Below, piece after piece: positions 12,376-26,854 of a DNA stretch of 64,000 nucleotides. Each line of letters starts with the position of its first letter. Position 1 is the stretch's first letter. The notes under the pieces are model-generated. The model was not told the origin of the DNA, did no database searches, and was given only the letters and a program-made list of their open reading frames with translations. Source of the stretch: Octopus sinensis (taxonomy: Eukaryota); the NCBI RefSeq assembly GCF_006345805.1, contig NC_042999.1, positions 86,180,001 through 86,244,000 of the forward strand, given 5' to 3'. Made by a program: the position numbers and the translations under genes.

Positions 12376-14696
12376 AATTTATTTTACATATATCTAAAAG
12401 CTAGAATAGCTTGATTAGCATATATTTGTAATGATGACAAACTTTGTCGTCAAAGATGATAAAAAATATCTTAATTCATAGTTTGATTACAATATCCAAC
12501 GGAATGTATACAGATGTTAGGCTTCTTTTTATTTGTGTTTAAATTCCTTGTATTACCTGTATAGAGCATTTTACAAGGGAATGTGCTATGGGCAAATAAA
12601 CAAAATATCTATCAAAAATAGGATAGAATAAAACCTCTATTTACTTAGATGAAATTTTTACAACTTATTCAGTATTTTCATGTACTCGCATACTGGACAA
12701 GAGTTCAATTTTGCTTTATATGCATTCCTTTCTTATATTCTGATTTTAGAATGTTGCAACTGAAACCTTTAAAATTTTATAAAAGTTAATTCGTGAGAAA
12801 ATGTCAAATATTCTTTGAAAAACTTGGACATGGTGCTTATATTTTGACTAAAGCAGCTCTGTTGAAAGCGATTCTTTTCTTTCCACCATTCATCAATATC
12901 GAATGGGTACCATAAGAAATGCAAGCAATCCGAGAGGAGCTGTAAACCTTTGTAAAATTCATTATTCTTAAATCCAGAATCCCTTTTTAAATGTTTAGTG
13001 AACAGTGGAGAAAAGTCAAAGTAGAAATTTTAACCCTAATAAATTTTACTTTGTAAATGATGGGTTAAAGTCGATAATATACAATTTCAAATATTATACT
13101 CCAGTCATATCATCCTCAATATAGAGTGGGAATGTAATACTGATTTACCATCGTACAAGTTTACAAGTTCATAAGGTAAGGTTATGATCACTTGAAATGT
13201 CTAGTACGAGAATTGAAAGCCAAAGTCAATCTCGATGTAGAAGCCTTTAAAATGCCGCAATGCATAGTATAATCTGTTGACCTTAGTTGGGCTACAATAT
13301 TAAAATAACCAACATACAATAAAATGAATCTTAGCTAAAGCTAAAGTCAATCTGTAGAATCTGAATATAATAAGAAAAGAAATATAACTAAATACTACAA
13401 AGTATTCTATTTGGTACTTTGTGTTTCTGCAAATATTCACCCCAATATTCCTAAATATTGCCGTACATCTTCAATATCTGTAATGTGTAAAACACATTAT
13501 TAAATTGGAAGCGATTATACTTCATCCAGATCTTATATCAAGTACATTTGTCAGATTACCAATAATGTAGATACATTTTTGGCTACTTCAGTACCAAATA
13601 ATCTATATATTAGATGAATCTTTTGGCTTTTTACTAACATATTCTTTAATGTTAAACATATATCGTCTTCCTGGAAGTTTTCTTCCGGAAAGGCGATTCT
13701 TCCTCTGAAGTACTTTTTACAATACAAAACGTGTACTTTCTCTGAAGTATATTTTTACAGCAATACAAAATATGTACTTCTTTTAACACACAGTGAAGGA
13801 GGAATATAAAGTTAAAAAAAACAAAACAAAACAAAACAAAAACGAACAAAAAGCAAACAAAAACAATAAAACAATGCAAAAATTAAATGTCTCGCAGAGT
13901 TTTGTTGAATTAAATAATTTTTTAACAATTCCCTATCAGTTTTACAGGTCTGTAGAACATGATTAATCGATATAAACAATATTAACCAGAAGCTCTCTTA
14001 ATACATTCACTAAATACAGATAGCAAACCAGGCTAAAGGAAAAACAAGTGTCATCTACTTTATTGTTTCCATTATCTTTTCAGATTACGAGGTAAAGGAC
14101 GATGTAACATTAAATATATTATATGAGAATGGCATATGATAAAGTATAGTCTACATCGAAAGTCGATCAGCTGAACAGGAAGAATTCATACATTTCTCTT
14201 TCTAAATGTATGACATCATTGTTAGGCGGCATTTAGCTTTACAAAATTTACGTTTGCACCTTTGCCTTCTTAAACTTTCCAGAATAAATTTTGCCTCCGA
14301 CCTTTCCTAGAAATATGTAACAGTAATGGTAGACTGTATCAGCGCAGAAAATTTCTCTGGTACCTACATAGTAACTAAAAATAAAATATTTTCTTGTTTC
14401 ATCTAATTTATACTTTATTTGAAGTAATATTAATTTAACGGCTTATTTCGATAGAACCGTGAAAGGTTACGTTTTAGTCAGAGAACTGGTGTAGGCTTTA
14501 CGCGTTATAACAGACGGTGCTAAGGGATGTGTTATATATTACCCCACTTCAGATCTAAATACAGTGAGTGTATCATTGATTTGGATTACAAAAGCAAGAG
14601 CTCAATTGTAGTTGTTATTCATACATACACGCACACCCGTAAGTTGTTTCTTTGGTGAATCTCAAAATTAATCCATATGTACGTATCTTATATCTT

Positions 14697-15085
14697 ATAC
14701 CTTTTCCAGTTACTAGACTGCGGCCATGCTTGGGCACTGACTCGAAGAGTTTAGTCGAACAAATCAACCCCAGTACTTATCTCTTTTTTGCCGAACCAAT
14801 CTGTTAGAGGGACTAAACAAACCAACTCCGGTTGTCAAGCGGTGATGGGGGACAAAATACATACGCAGACACACATATAGGTATATACATACATACATGC
14901 ATACATACATACATACATACATATACACGTATACGACGAGCTTCTTTCAATTTCCATTTACCAAATCCACTAACAATACCCGGGGCTATAGTAGAAGACA
15001 CTTGCCCTAGTTGATACGCAGTTGAGCTGAACGTGGAACCATGGGGTTGGGAAACAAGCTTTGCCTTACAGCCTCGCCTGCGCCT
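14697..15085 (-). mobile_element. Near full-length SINE family A with internal (TACA)n
   Basis: tRNA-like head at about 15085-15020, GGGCAAGTGTCTTCTACTATAGCC core, and CAGCATGGCCGCAGTC-type tail. Confidence 0.85.
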
Positions 15086-15399
15086 GTCTATTTGTAAATT
15101 AAAAATAAATTTCGTTTTCCGGGTGTTGTTTTTGTAATCTTGACAAATGCTGTCTTTAACAGACAGGTAACGTTGTTGAACCTTACTAGTGAATATTTGT
15201 ATCACCAAGAGCCTCTCAAGTTATCTTTGACATCTGGTGGTCATGCAGAATTTGGTGTCAGAATGCGTCCGACAAAATAAATCGTAACAAACGTACATTC
15301 AAACATAGAAAATAAAACTGTTCGCCATCCATCCATTCATCCAACCAGCCAGCAATCTATTCTCATATACATGCATACACACATTCATCACATCGCAGC

Positions 15400-15830
15400 T
15401 AGAAAGATACGTCTTCGCTATTCAGGAACGGCAAATAGCTACTAAATACCTGATCAATAGAAAAGATAAAGATGCCTTCAACCCACCACGTTGTGATAGA
15501 TAATGACGATTGTACTATGCGTGGAAGATATCATCCAGATCACAACAGCTGCTCCAAAATGCTCGCAAGATACTAACATTTCATGAGCACGACATTCATG
15601 CCAAAACTATTTACAATGCTATTCGTTGAAAGGATTGTCCTGACTGCAATGCAAAAGACCCTGAACGCTCTCACATGTTCAAAACAAAGGATTACTGCTG
15701 GAGTATTCGAATAAAAATTTCAACCGTATGAAAACGAAAGATTTGATATGTGGGACAAGGAGCTAAAAATCATGCGCTGTTGTAGACGTCAAGAGCCATA
15801 GAATTCGTGACTAAGTTCTCTTTTGTACCT
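15400..15830 (+). mobile_element. Highly degenerate RLE-type (R4-like) LINE 3' fragment
   Basis: Frameshifted pieces PPRCDR**RL, VEDI, SCSKMLARY and HEHDIHAKTIYNAIR*KDCP resemble the CCHC/RHD region of RLE elements. Confidence 0.45.
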
Positions 15831-15974
15831 ATTGCTACAGGCGCACTGTGCTAACTTATATGTTTACGTGTATGTATGTATTTATGTACGTACGTACATA
15901 TGGATTAATTTTGAGATTCACCAAAGAAACACAACTTACGAGTGTGTGTGTGTAGGTATATATGTATATATATA

Positions 15975-16037
<63 letters not shown>

Positions 16038-16060
16038 ATATATGTATATATATACATATA

Positions 16061-16741
16061 TATTGTTATATTTTGGAATGGTCATTTTGCCAGTTTAGCC
16101 AATAAAAACACACGCACTATATATTTGGTGTTATTTTGCTTCAGTGTTATTTATCTTTTACATTAATCTTAATCTTATTTCGGCCAGAGTTCTTTCGTCA
16201 CACCCCTGTTTTGTTTGTATATGTTTTTTTCTAAGAAACTCAATCGGGTCCAGACTACTATATAGGATCTTGTGATCGGACGAGGTAACTGTCAGGAAGG
16301 GATGTTCTCATCACCCCTTTCTGCTCATCGATCGCCTACGCGAGCACTTGCCTCTTGACCCTATTGAATTTGGCTAAACTGGCAAAATGACCATTCCGAA
16401 ATATAACAATATATGTTTCAACACACGTCTTCACATAAAAAATCTTGCACAACAAATATATAAACGTATATATTTATATATATATATATGAATAACAACC
16501 ACAATTGAGAATTATATAAAATCTTGCAAATGTTCGGTTTGGCCAAGAAAGTAAAAAGCAAACTAACTGACACCTCCAAATTCAATAGGGTCAAGGGGCA
16601 AGTGCTCGCGTAGGCGATCGATGAGCAGAAACGGGTGATGAGAACATCCCTTCCTGACAGTTACTTCGTCCGATCACAAGATCCTATATAGTAGTCAGGA
16701 CCCGATTGAGTTTCTTAGAAAAAACATATACAAACAAAACA
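16061..16741. mobile_element. Rearranged non-autonomous element (family E) in (TA)n, with two interlocked inverted repeats
   Basis: 16061-16102 is inverted at 16370-16411. 16207-16373 is inverted at 16576-16741 (4 substitutions, 1 indel). Family E pieces recur at 39901-39969 and 63541-63688. Confidence 0.85.
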
Positions 16742-17529
16742 TGCATTAATTTATTGTAGGATATGTTAATAATAATTCACAAAAAACACCCGTATATATG
16801 CATCATTACCAGTACTCCCGTATTCACAAATTCTTGGAGATATTTTAACTCAAGCAAAGAAGCCCTTGTCAGTTTTTCGGTTAGCGACTGGACTAGAATC
16901 TCCAAGAAACACACACACATACGCACATACATAAACACACTCTCACACACACAATTTGTAAAGTTTGTATACTAGTTGACATTTTACGAAAGGTGCACTA
17001 GTCACTCATCACACAGACACACACAACCATGTATTGTGAGATGCATCCAGACAGACAGTCGTAATGATAGTTGCAGCGTGTTGTAGAGTAAATGCTTTTG
17101 GTAATAAGCTTTATTCAGTAACAGACTGCAGCCAGCTACTAACACAATGTATAACTTCAAACGCTTGAGTCAATAATAATTTTACCATAGTCACTTAGAG
17201 AAACTTATCTATGTACTGTAAGTGGAATCACGAGATGATAATTATGACATTATTTCACAAGATTCCTTGCAAAAAATTCAATCGCTAATAAGTTTTGAAC
17301 TTATTAGTAGCACTCTCACAAATAGCTCTGGCTTGTACAGTGAGTTCGTATAGGCCAAAACATGATTCTACAGAAACTGCAATGGTTGGACAGTGTTGAT
17401 GCACATTCACTAAATTGATTTGATTCTGACACATTGTGTTGGATGGCCGCCGAATCTCCTGAGTTCATATTCTATTTTAACGGATTTTGTATTTCACCAG
17501 TCAGAGTGTCCGCAAGCTAGCTTGGTAGA

Positions 17530-17764
17530 TTGACAGCTGGCAGAATCGTTAGCACGCCGAGCGAAATGCTTATCAGTATTTCGTCTGCTGCTACGTTCTG
17601 AGTTCGAATTCCGCCGAGGTCGACTTTGCCTTTCATCCTTTCGGGGTCGATTAAATAAGTACCAGTTACCCACTGGGGTCGATGTAATCGACTTGATCCA
17701 TTTGTCTGTCATTGTTTGTCCCCTCTGTGTTTAGCCCCTTGTGGGTAGTAAAGAAATAGGTATT
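17530..17764 (+). mobile_element. Full-length tRNA-derived SINE family B
   Basis: CTGGCAGAATCG (A box) ... GAGTTCGAATTCC (B box) ... GGGGTCGATGTAATCGACT ... AAAGAAATAGGTATT. More than 12 related copies occur in the window. Confidence 0.9.
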
Positions 17765-17880
17765 GTTGCCGATGGCTCGGCCAAACACAAGTTGTCGTGG
17801 TTTGCATAATACATGATTATTAGTAGCAGATAGCTGTTATTTCCCTGACCTGCCACAAAATTTACTAGTAAGCACATATA

Positions 17881-18102
17881 CGAGGGGGTGTTTAAAAGTT
17901 CCTGGTTTTGGGTAAAAGAAAATACAGGAGGATCAGTTATTTATGATTGTATTCAACATATTCCCCCCCCCCTTAGATTCATACACTTACTTGCAGCGGT
18001 CTTTCAGTTTCTCTAAGCCCTGAGAAAAAACTCCGAAGGCTGGACCGCCAACCAGGCATTTCGCGATGCTCTTAAAGCCAGGAGCTTTTCAGCATCCTTT
18101 CG
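17881..18102. mobile_element. mariner-derived MITE (222 bp)
   Basis: 29-bp TIRs CGAGGGGGTGTTTAAAAGTTCCTGGTTTT and its diverged reverse complement (7 mismatches), with TA TSD at 17879-17880 and 18103-18104. The minus-strand remnant GLEKLKDRC..KCMNLRG..YVE* is a mariner C-terminus. Confidence 0.88.
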
Positions 18103-21100
18103 TATACATTTTCAGATGCAAACAAAAATACACACACACACACACACAAAGAAATTCAAATACACATCTATGCCTACGCTCATACGCATACAAGGGTAAA
18201 AACATATTTTTACTAGGAAATGGTTGACAGGTGCATCGAAGCTATGTTGTCCTCATCGGACTGTCCGAATAAGACTAAGTAGCCGAAACTTCGAAGTAAA
18301 TGTCAACGTTTTACTGGTAAAAATGTATGTTACTGTACTGGAAAGAATTGAGCGATCTTTGAATTTAATATTTGACTGTTTTTATATATGATTATATATA
18401 AAAACAAATATTAATAACATATTTGTACGTGCATAAAAACATATATGCACAGTCACGTATATATGTGTATTTTAGACATGTACACCAACTAATCTACTTA
18501 AAGATTGTAATTATTTAATTAGTTTAAATATAAAATGTAATGCTTCTTAGTACTTTGTAGCAAAAAAATTTTAAATGTCTGTAATAAAATTGGTGTGAAT
18601 CTAATATTACTACTATAGTAATAAGAAAAATGGCAATAAAAGCAAATAAGCATATTATTTCAATATTATTAATTTAATTAAACTTATGTTTCGAGATGAA
18701 AACCTGCCTTAAAGTTTGTAAAGTTGAAGAATGTTGCTAAAAATTTTCTTGATATGGAATATTTATGCTGATTAATTTATTGTAAGACATTTCCTTTTTT
18801 CAATATCGGCAGACAACTTCAGTTTCACTTTCTATTCATTTACGTAATAAATATTTTTTTTTTGTTTTAGATATTGAATATTATATCTTGTACTCCTATT
18901 CCCAAATTCCACGTACTTTCCTCACTGATTTATAAATTCTTGTTTTTCATTATAGTTAAAAATTATAGTTAAAAATTCATTATTGCATCCTCTTCTATTA
19001 TTAGGTTATGTTATTCAGGATAATTTTCAATTCAATTAAATGTTTGTTCGTAGATTTATTTATTTCAATAAAAGTAAAATAAATATTTATTTGTGTATCC
19101 AATATATTTAACTGATTTCAGCAATAACTACTTAGCTTTATTAGAGAACATTCCTGGATGGGATAATGATAATGAGATAATGTGCTATGTTTATGTGTGT
19201 GTATAAATACAAAGAGGTGTGGTTTAATGCGAACGTGGGTGTATGTGTATGTTGTCAGTATCCTGTCATCGTTAAATCAGATCTGTCTAGGTGCAAGAAA
19301 AGGTTATGCGTGCCGCATTATACGTGCGTGACTTCAGAGTCTCAATTGTGAGGAACGAAGTATATCCCGTTTCTTCTTTCGTTTTATGCACCAGTATAAA
19401 ATTCACACAAAGGTTTCTTAGTAGAAGGAATAAAATACAGAAAAAGAAACCCAGACAACAAATGAATAGAAAAAAAGAAAAAAAAAAGAGAAAGAAAGAA
19501 AAAGAAACGCTTCTCCTAAAGTTGTCAGAATTCATTTGGATCTTCGCTTGAGTGCTTATTCACAAATGTCTCACTGTCGAGATGTTGTATAAAAGGGCCC
19601 CCATACGTAGCTGGAGTGAAAGCTTAACTAAAAAAGAACAATAGGTCGGCTAGCTATACGTCAGATTATTGTTATATTAACACTCTGATAATAAACGAAT
19701 GCTCACTTTCTCTTTGTTCGTATAGTTTCATTGACAATGATTCTCCAGGCAAATGCCGCACAGCTCAATATAGTGAATCCTCTTCTCTTATGATTGGTAG
19801 ACCCTCCAACAGGTAGATTAGCTTGCACACAAGCACATAAACATACTAGACATATAAATTGTCGCTATAATTAGCAAAATGTAACACTTGGGAGGGTTAG
19901 TAAATTGTAAAAATGAGACAATTTGACCTAAAGTTTTATCCATAAAAATACATTGCAGGAAGTGGGTTGGGCTTTCCAGTCTCATTTCCTCATTCTTTTT
20001 CAATGTCATATTCTCCTCTTTCTATTTCATACTTTTTTTTTCTTCTTTATCTAACTTTATTTTAAGTTGTGTTATATATCTCTGAAATGTCAGGACGTGA
20101 CAATGTAAATATTTTAAATAGCGGTTATTTTTTTTAATGATTTCAATTGTGTACACGAATGAATTATTTGCTCTGATATGATGAAGGTAAAGAAGATAGT
20201 GATGCTGTAAAGAATAATAAAAAGAAAAGAAAAAGACTAAATCTTACTCCGAGTTCATCGTCTATTATTCAAGGGAATGGAGAAAACTTAGCAAATGATT
20301 ATCTGCTCGAGTGAATTGAGAGAAATTTAGAAGCTTCTCGGTTGAGGTTTAGAAGTCGAAGCCTATTTACAAGATTACTTCCATAAATAAAGAATTGCCA
20401 GAAATAACTATGTTTGAGGGAATATATGAGTTATATTGAGGTCGGCGTATCAGTACAAGTTGTATTGTTACTTTTCTATCTCTGAGAAAAATTTAACAGC
20501 TATTTTCGCGTGAATATCACTTTAGGAGAATGAGAGAAAGAGAGGATGTTATTGATGTATCAAGGTAATTAGAAGTGATTGTACATGTAGCGCCTATATT
20601 ATGGTAGTTGGAACTTGATTCATCAACAAACTGCTCCCGCCGCATATCCAAGAGGTCTTTGAGTATTTACTTTCATTGGATAGGTATCCGTGGGTATAGT
20701 TTCTATCCAGCAAGTGACGATGTGAAGGTCGTTGCTTTTATCTTCTTATAATTTACTTTGGAGGGAGAGATGGCATTCACAAGCAGCGTTAGCATTCCAT
20801 AATAGAATTATTTGTAGAACGGAATTCATTCTTTATTTTGGACGAATAGTTTTTGCGAGAGTTCTAAGTGTGTTTCTATAGTTTTTCCACTTGAATATTT
20901 TTCAGTGTTTACTGTGTATATTGTAGAGATGTTCAGCAATGAGTATAAGAAAGTGTACTGCTGTTAGAGTTTAGAACTATTTTGATTTTTGTTTGTTTCT
21001 GAGATGTTGCGAGAGCAATAATTTCTTCAATCTTTAAAAGTCTGAGATTATGTCAGGCCCTGAAGCAATGACAATTTTAAACTTCTCTGTTGCTTTTCTG

Positions 21101-21580
21101 GAATCTGATTGAAAGGGACACGGATTTGTGTATGTTGAAGGTACATATCTTGTGCTTTGTGTTTCTGTCATCTTCGTGTGTTTTTTATGATTAATTTTCA
21201 ATGCTTTTGAGTGGGGCGTTTGCTTGCTGTTGGCCTTTGGGTTTATTATACGAAGTTATTATAGTGACGTGTGACAAGGTGTGGCTGTTGTTGGAGCTGT
21301 TGATGTTGCTAATTGCTTTGCTTTGTGGTTTATTTTACCAGTTTTTTCATTGTTCTTTTTTTCCTTGTTTAGTTTCTTGAATTGGATTTTGTCTCCATTA
21401 TGTGTAATGTGGAGTTTGTGGTTGAGCTTGTCTGTTTTTTTTTTATCAGACTGGCATTGTATAATATAGGTTATGTTGATAATACATCGTGGGGCATGCT
21501 TTGAGAAGTTACATAATTTCCATTGCACACACACAGATATACATATATTTATGCATATATGTATATGTGTGTGCGAGTCT

Positions 21581-21612
<32 letters not shown>

Positions 21613-21936
21613 ATTGCACTACCTATGTTGGTGATAATGTTATTACAGAATCTTGCGACTTTTGGTGAAAACAGTTCCATCATTGGCTTTTGAACCTAGT
21701 GAAAATAATTTATTTCCATTCATATTGAGATATGGGTAAGAAAATGTTTTGTGGTTGTGGGAGGGATATTGTTTGCTATCTTAACTAAGTGTGAGCAATA
21801 GAACATGTTTGGATGTGTTCATGTGGTTGTTTAGTGTATAGAAGGAGCCTGATTGTTTTATTACATCATTTCTTGTGTTATATGTTTAAGGATTTGTTCT
21901 ATGTATTAAAATTATCCTCTTAAAATTGTTCGGGCG

Positions 21937-22147
21937 TAGGACAGCGAGCTAGCTGAATCGTTAGCACGCCGGACAAAATACTTAGCGGCATTTCGTCTTT
22001 GCGCTCTGAGTTCAAATTCTGTGGAGGTTGACTTTGCCTTTCATCTCCTCGGGGTCAATAAAATAATTATCAGTCGATCATTGGGTTCAATGTAATCGAC
22101 TAAATCCCTCCCTCGAGTTTTCTGGCCCTATGTTAAAATTTAAAACC
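21937..22147 (+). mobile_element. SINE family B
   Basis: GAATCGTTAGCACGCCGG...CTGAGTTCAAATTC...TTTGCCTTTCATC...GTAATCGACT. Confidence 0.8.
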
Positions 22148-23722
22148 GATGTTGTGTTCAAGAGTGAGTTAAATCAGATGAGTTGCCCAATGGGACGTGT
22201 GGTGAGGCTGGTGGTGTGTAATTATACCACATCAATGTGTTTCGTGTTGCTGTTTATCTTATTTTGAATGTCTGCCTTTCTACGGTATTGTCTTTCCTTA
22301 TTAGTTTTCGGTAGTTGTCTTTGTCCTGGATGCATGATTGCATGCTTTTTAAGAGGCCACCTCTAAGTTTGGAATGTCGTGCCTGAGTGGGGTATAATTA
22401 AGGTTATAAGAAGCTCTGAGTCTTGTGTTTACAACACAGACCAAGCTTGGAACATTTACACGGTTGTCAATCATACATTACCACCTAAATAAAGGAGAGT
22501 CATTTCACAGAGTGCAATCCCAGATATCTTGTGTTTAAAAAAAACAAGCAAAATAAATTCAAGATAGATAAAATGATAGGACAAAATAAAAGTTGGGATG
22601 GTCAAGGCTGGAACACTTGTCAAAAGAACTTACAACACAGCAATTGTGAAGAAAAAACAAAACAAAACAAAATATATGGTAGAAATATTTACTTCAACCC
22701 AACTAAAGCTTTGGTTGAAATTATTTGGGGAATAAAAAACCTCGTTTTCCATATATAAAATGTATTATGGAAAAACATTAGGAATAAGAGAATATGAATT
22801 GTATGACTAAACTGAAAGTGATTAGAACCAGTATTAGAATAAATGACCGAATGTTAAATTTTATGTGAAACATAGAAATCCAAACAAAACGCTCATTAAT
22901 CATATGTCTTCTGATAATTATATTCATAATGTACTCTCGAAAACGTTGTGAAACTATTTATGGTAAACGAAAAGCTGATATTAAATGAAAGAACAATTAT
23001 GTATTAAATAAATAAGAGTTGATGCCCTAAGAGAATCTTGAAATCATGACAATGGAAAAGATACTTATAAAGAAAGGAATACAGGGAAAATGCTTTGAAA
23101 TGTGATGTATTTTTAGATTAAAAACTATTTGTTATAAAATCTCATTTACAATTGGCAATTTTATATATGTGAAACAGAAATTATTTACTGATTTCTAAAA
23201 TTAATTCATACCCTCTATCCTTATGTGAACTTTTGATGGTGTAATGTGTATGTTATAGAGTTCTTAAGTTTAATTCTCCTGTATTGCCTTGCCGTTAAAT
23301 AATATTGAGAAAAAAAAAAATGAAAATGAAAGTGAGAAAAAATTTCAGTATTTTAATTTTTGTTATCAGTGATGTGATACTTATACAACTAATCGTAATG
23401 TAAATAATAGATATGATGCAATTCATAGCTTTTGAATTAATTACCAGAATACGAATTTTAGGCTAATGGCATTCACAAGAAGTAACGCGTCTGGATTATT
23501 GACTGTCACCTACTCTGAAAATCGTTACTCATAATCATTTCAGTTCAAAGAAAGAAAAAGGTCCTCTGCTTTTGTGTGGTTTGCATGGTGGACTCACGGG
23601 GGCAATAGTGGAATAGTAAAAATCCAATTATCTTATTAACGTAAACATGTAACTAACTCAGCTTTTAACACATTCATTGATCACATATATAATCTTTTGA
23701 TTCATTTGTTAACCTTTTGGTA

Positions 23723-25490
23723 ATCATCATCATCTGGTCGAGCATGCTCAGACATTTTCGACCCACAGGCGCCATCCATTTCGGTCCTGCATTACTTGAG
23801 AAAGGTATTCAGTGAGGTATCCAGTGTCACTAGTGAGTTTGTCTACGTATGTTGTGTTCGGATGACTTGCTCGAATAAGGCCGTGCTTTGGTACCCATAG
23901 CTGTAGGTCACTTGTTAGCTCTTATTTAGCTCGCCAGCAATGTCCCGCAAAGTGCAAGCATTTCCCCCTTTTAATGTTGGAAACAGACAGAAGATCTCCA
24001 TGCAGCTGTTTCTAGGCGGGATGAATTCTTCAAGATATATTTAAGACTGTTCTTAACATTCGGGTGTAAGTTCCATCAAGCTTGGATTTCAGAGTTTTGG
24101 CAAGCGTCCAGGCTGTTGATCCATATAAAGGGACTGACTCTACCGTTGCACAGAAAAAAATTCTTCTTAAGGTTGTCTGATAGCGTTGATTTCCAGGCAA
24201 CATCCAATTTGTTTAAGGCCATCCATGCTTTGGCTATGCGAGTTTTTTTAAAAATCCTTTTCAAAGGCTGTCTCAGAACCGAGGTACATGAAATCTTAAA
24301 CTTGACTGATAATGTTTCCACAGATGCTGGCGATGGATCCTTGTCGATTATGAGCAAACCAACATCATGTGTTGTTGATTCTAGTCTCTGAAGTAATTGA
24401 GTTGAGTCTGACATTGTCAGAAAGCAAGCCTAAATCATCAGCATAGCCTACACCAGCTATTTTTTGAGGTGGTTATCCGATCGATCTTTACGCGTGTGTG
24501 AAACTAAGGTTGTTTATATTGTCAAATGATGTTCTCAGGATATAATCCAGAGTGATCACGAAGAGAAATGGTGCCAGTGTGTCCTCGTGGAGAACTCTAG
24601 CTTTGATATCAAAGAAACTTTTGTATGTCTCTGGGACCTTACCATAGATTTGGTGTTATTATAGAGCATCGTAATTGTTGCTGTTGTTTCTTGGAGAGAG
24701 TCAAAAGCTTTTGAGAAATGAACAACCAGTAACACTGCTTCGAAATTTCTGGCATTTACTCTTTCAAGTAGATGAAGAACTGTTAAGTATCTGTCCGGCA
24801 GTTCCAATTTTTCTGCATTTTGATTTCTTCTCAAAACTTTCTCAATTCATGTTGAGTAGGCGTGAATTACAAATTTTTGCAGCGATGGCTCTAAGAATGA
24901 GGCTTCTGTAGTCCTTTGTGAGAACCAGGTCGCCTTTCTTTGGAAATGGGAGTATGCATCCTTCTGCCCATTTTTCGATGTTGATTACATTGTAGATTGT
25001 ATTGTTGATGCCCCAGAGAATATCATTGAATTCTCCTGTTTTGCAGACCATCTGGAATGTTATCAAGTCCGGGAGTCTTTCGGCTTTTGGTGTTTTTAAA
25101 GACCACTTTCAATCCGGCAATGGTGAAATAGCCAGTTATGTCATCAAGGGTGTGGTGAATAATTGATGCTACATATGTATCAAGCAAATTTCGAAAATGA
25201 TCCCTCCACTTTTCTAAGCGTTCATGTGGATATTTAGCTTTAATTTCTGACTTGGAGTTTTTGTGACCGCTTGTTCCGTTTACTGTCTGCCAGGCTAATG
25301 ATGTCTGCTTGTTTGCAGCAGTTTGTATAATTTGATTGATTTTACTTTGGATGTAGCTTTATTGTTGAGATTGATATCGATCTACCAGTTCTTGCAGCCT
25401 TCTGAAATTAGCTTCATTTGAGGGTTTTACGTGTATAACTTGAGCCGCTCCTTTGAGGTGTTTTGGTTAATATCGTGTCAAAGTTGGGTG
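23723..25490 (-). mobile_element. Degenerate RTE-clade LINE (linker, RT and C-terminus)
   Basis: Minus-strand motifs EKWAEGCILPFPKKGDL, FSKAFDS, HEDTLAPFLFVI, YADDLGLLSD (YADD at 24434-24445) and HFAGHCWR...MQDRNGWR, then a (GAT)n tail. Many frameshifts and stops. Confidence 0.9.
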
Positions 25491-25861
25491 AATATTGGTT
25501 CAAATATATCTTTCCAGCATTGGGACGTCATCGAATGTACTTCTACATTTTCGAATTGTTTTCGATAATATTAACAAAATTAGTGCTTTCGGTAGCGATA
25601 ATTATATTTATATTTCTCTTCGATGCATAACTGTATAAGCTTGTTAAAAAAAGGACATTTATGATTTCTCGAAAGTTTGCTTCTAAGTCGCACAAACAAA
25701 TATTTCGCTGCTTCATGTAAAACCTACTTAATAAACCGAATGACTATAAAATTTCAGTTTGATAATTAATATATTATTTTGTTATTTTAAACGTGTTTCT
25801 AATCTAAATCAAATGCTATCATTGATAGCAATCTATCCAAACTTCAACACATGCAACGAAG

Positions 25862-25949
<88 letters not shown>

Positions 25950-26679
25950 ACTTCCAAACAGACAGCAGTTGCATAACGTGCAAACTGTAAATTTTCACTC
26001 ATTGAAAATGTAGTGTTTACTGATATTTTATATACAAAACCTCTGTTTTTAGTGTAAACAGTTGTTTGAAAGATGGATATCGGATATTTTTTTTTTGAAA
26101 TTAAGCACGAACGGAAGCTGAGCGAAAGGCAGGTCGTATGTATATAAATATAAACAGACACATATGCATACGCACATGTACAAGTATACATGCACAGGCA
26201 CATACAACGAGACTCACAAAGATTACGTCTAAAAAATTCCACATTCGAAGTATTGTTTAGTGAGGAATTACAACTGAAAACTTGCACAAGACGCTGGCCG
26301 GTGGGATCAAACTAGGAACCACTTAGTTGCTAAGTGTTCTTTTTAACTACATGGCTATGTCTACACAAACCTACTTGCGAGCGTACTTATATACATACAT
26401 GTATACATACAAGCGTGCATACTTACAAACGTACAAACACATACACACACACATTCACATATACACACATGCACACACGTGCACGCACACCCATTGCTGT
26501 TAAGGAGTACTGAAAATCATAATGGTGTATTTGGGCTGATCCAGTCGACTGTCACTCGAGGAACTTCTAGAGTAACAGTTAATTAGATTGGCCCAAATAA
26601 ATTGCATGCGAACGCGCGCCCGCACACATACGCATACACACAAGCACGCACACACAAGCATGCACACACATACGTATAA

Positions 26680-26746
<67 letters not shown>

Positions 26747-26820
26747 GAATGCTTCTTTCTCTCTGTGTCTCTCCCTGCCTGCGTCTCTCTGTCTCTCCCT
26801 GCTTCCCCCTCTCTCCTCTC

Positions 26821-26854
<34 letters not shown>

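Noticed and set aside
14085-14092. 8-nt microexon (ttttcag ATTACGAG gtaaag)
   Set aside because: Frame-shifting length with no partner exons; such motifs are common by chance.
17150-17480. Possible decayed L2/CR1 RT fragment (YRPKHDSTETAMV)
   Set aside because: Single short motif; too degenerate to call.
19585-19665. TATAAAAG plus TACGTCA promoter-like words
   Set aside because: Isolated short motifs with no downstream gene evidence.
20200-22500. Possible decayed Penelope-like ORF on the minus strand
   Set aside because: Only loose motif resemblances (IDD, ALHVQSLL, FYYG) and not in a consistent order; cannot be supported without a profile search.
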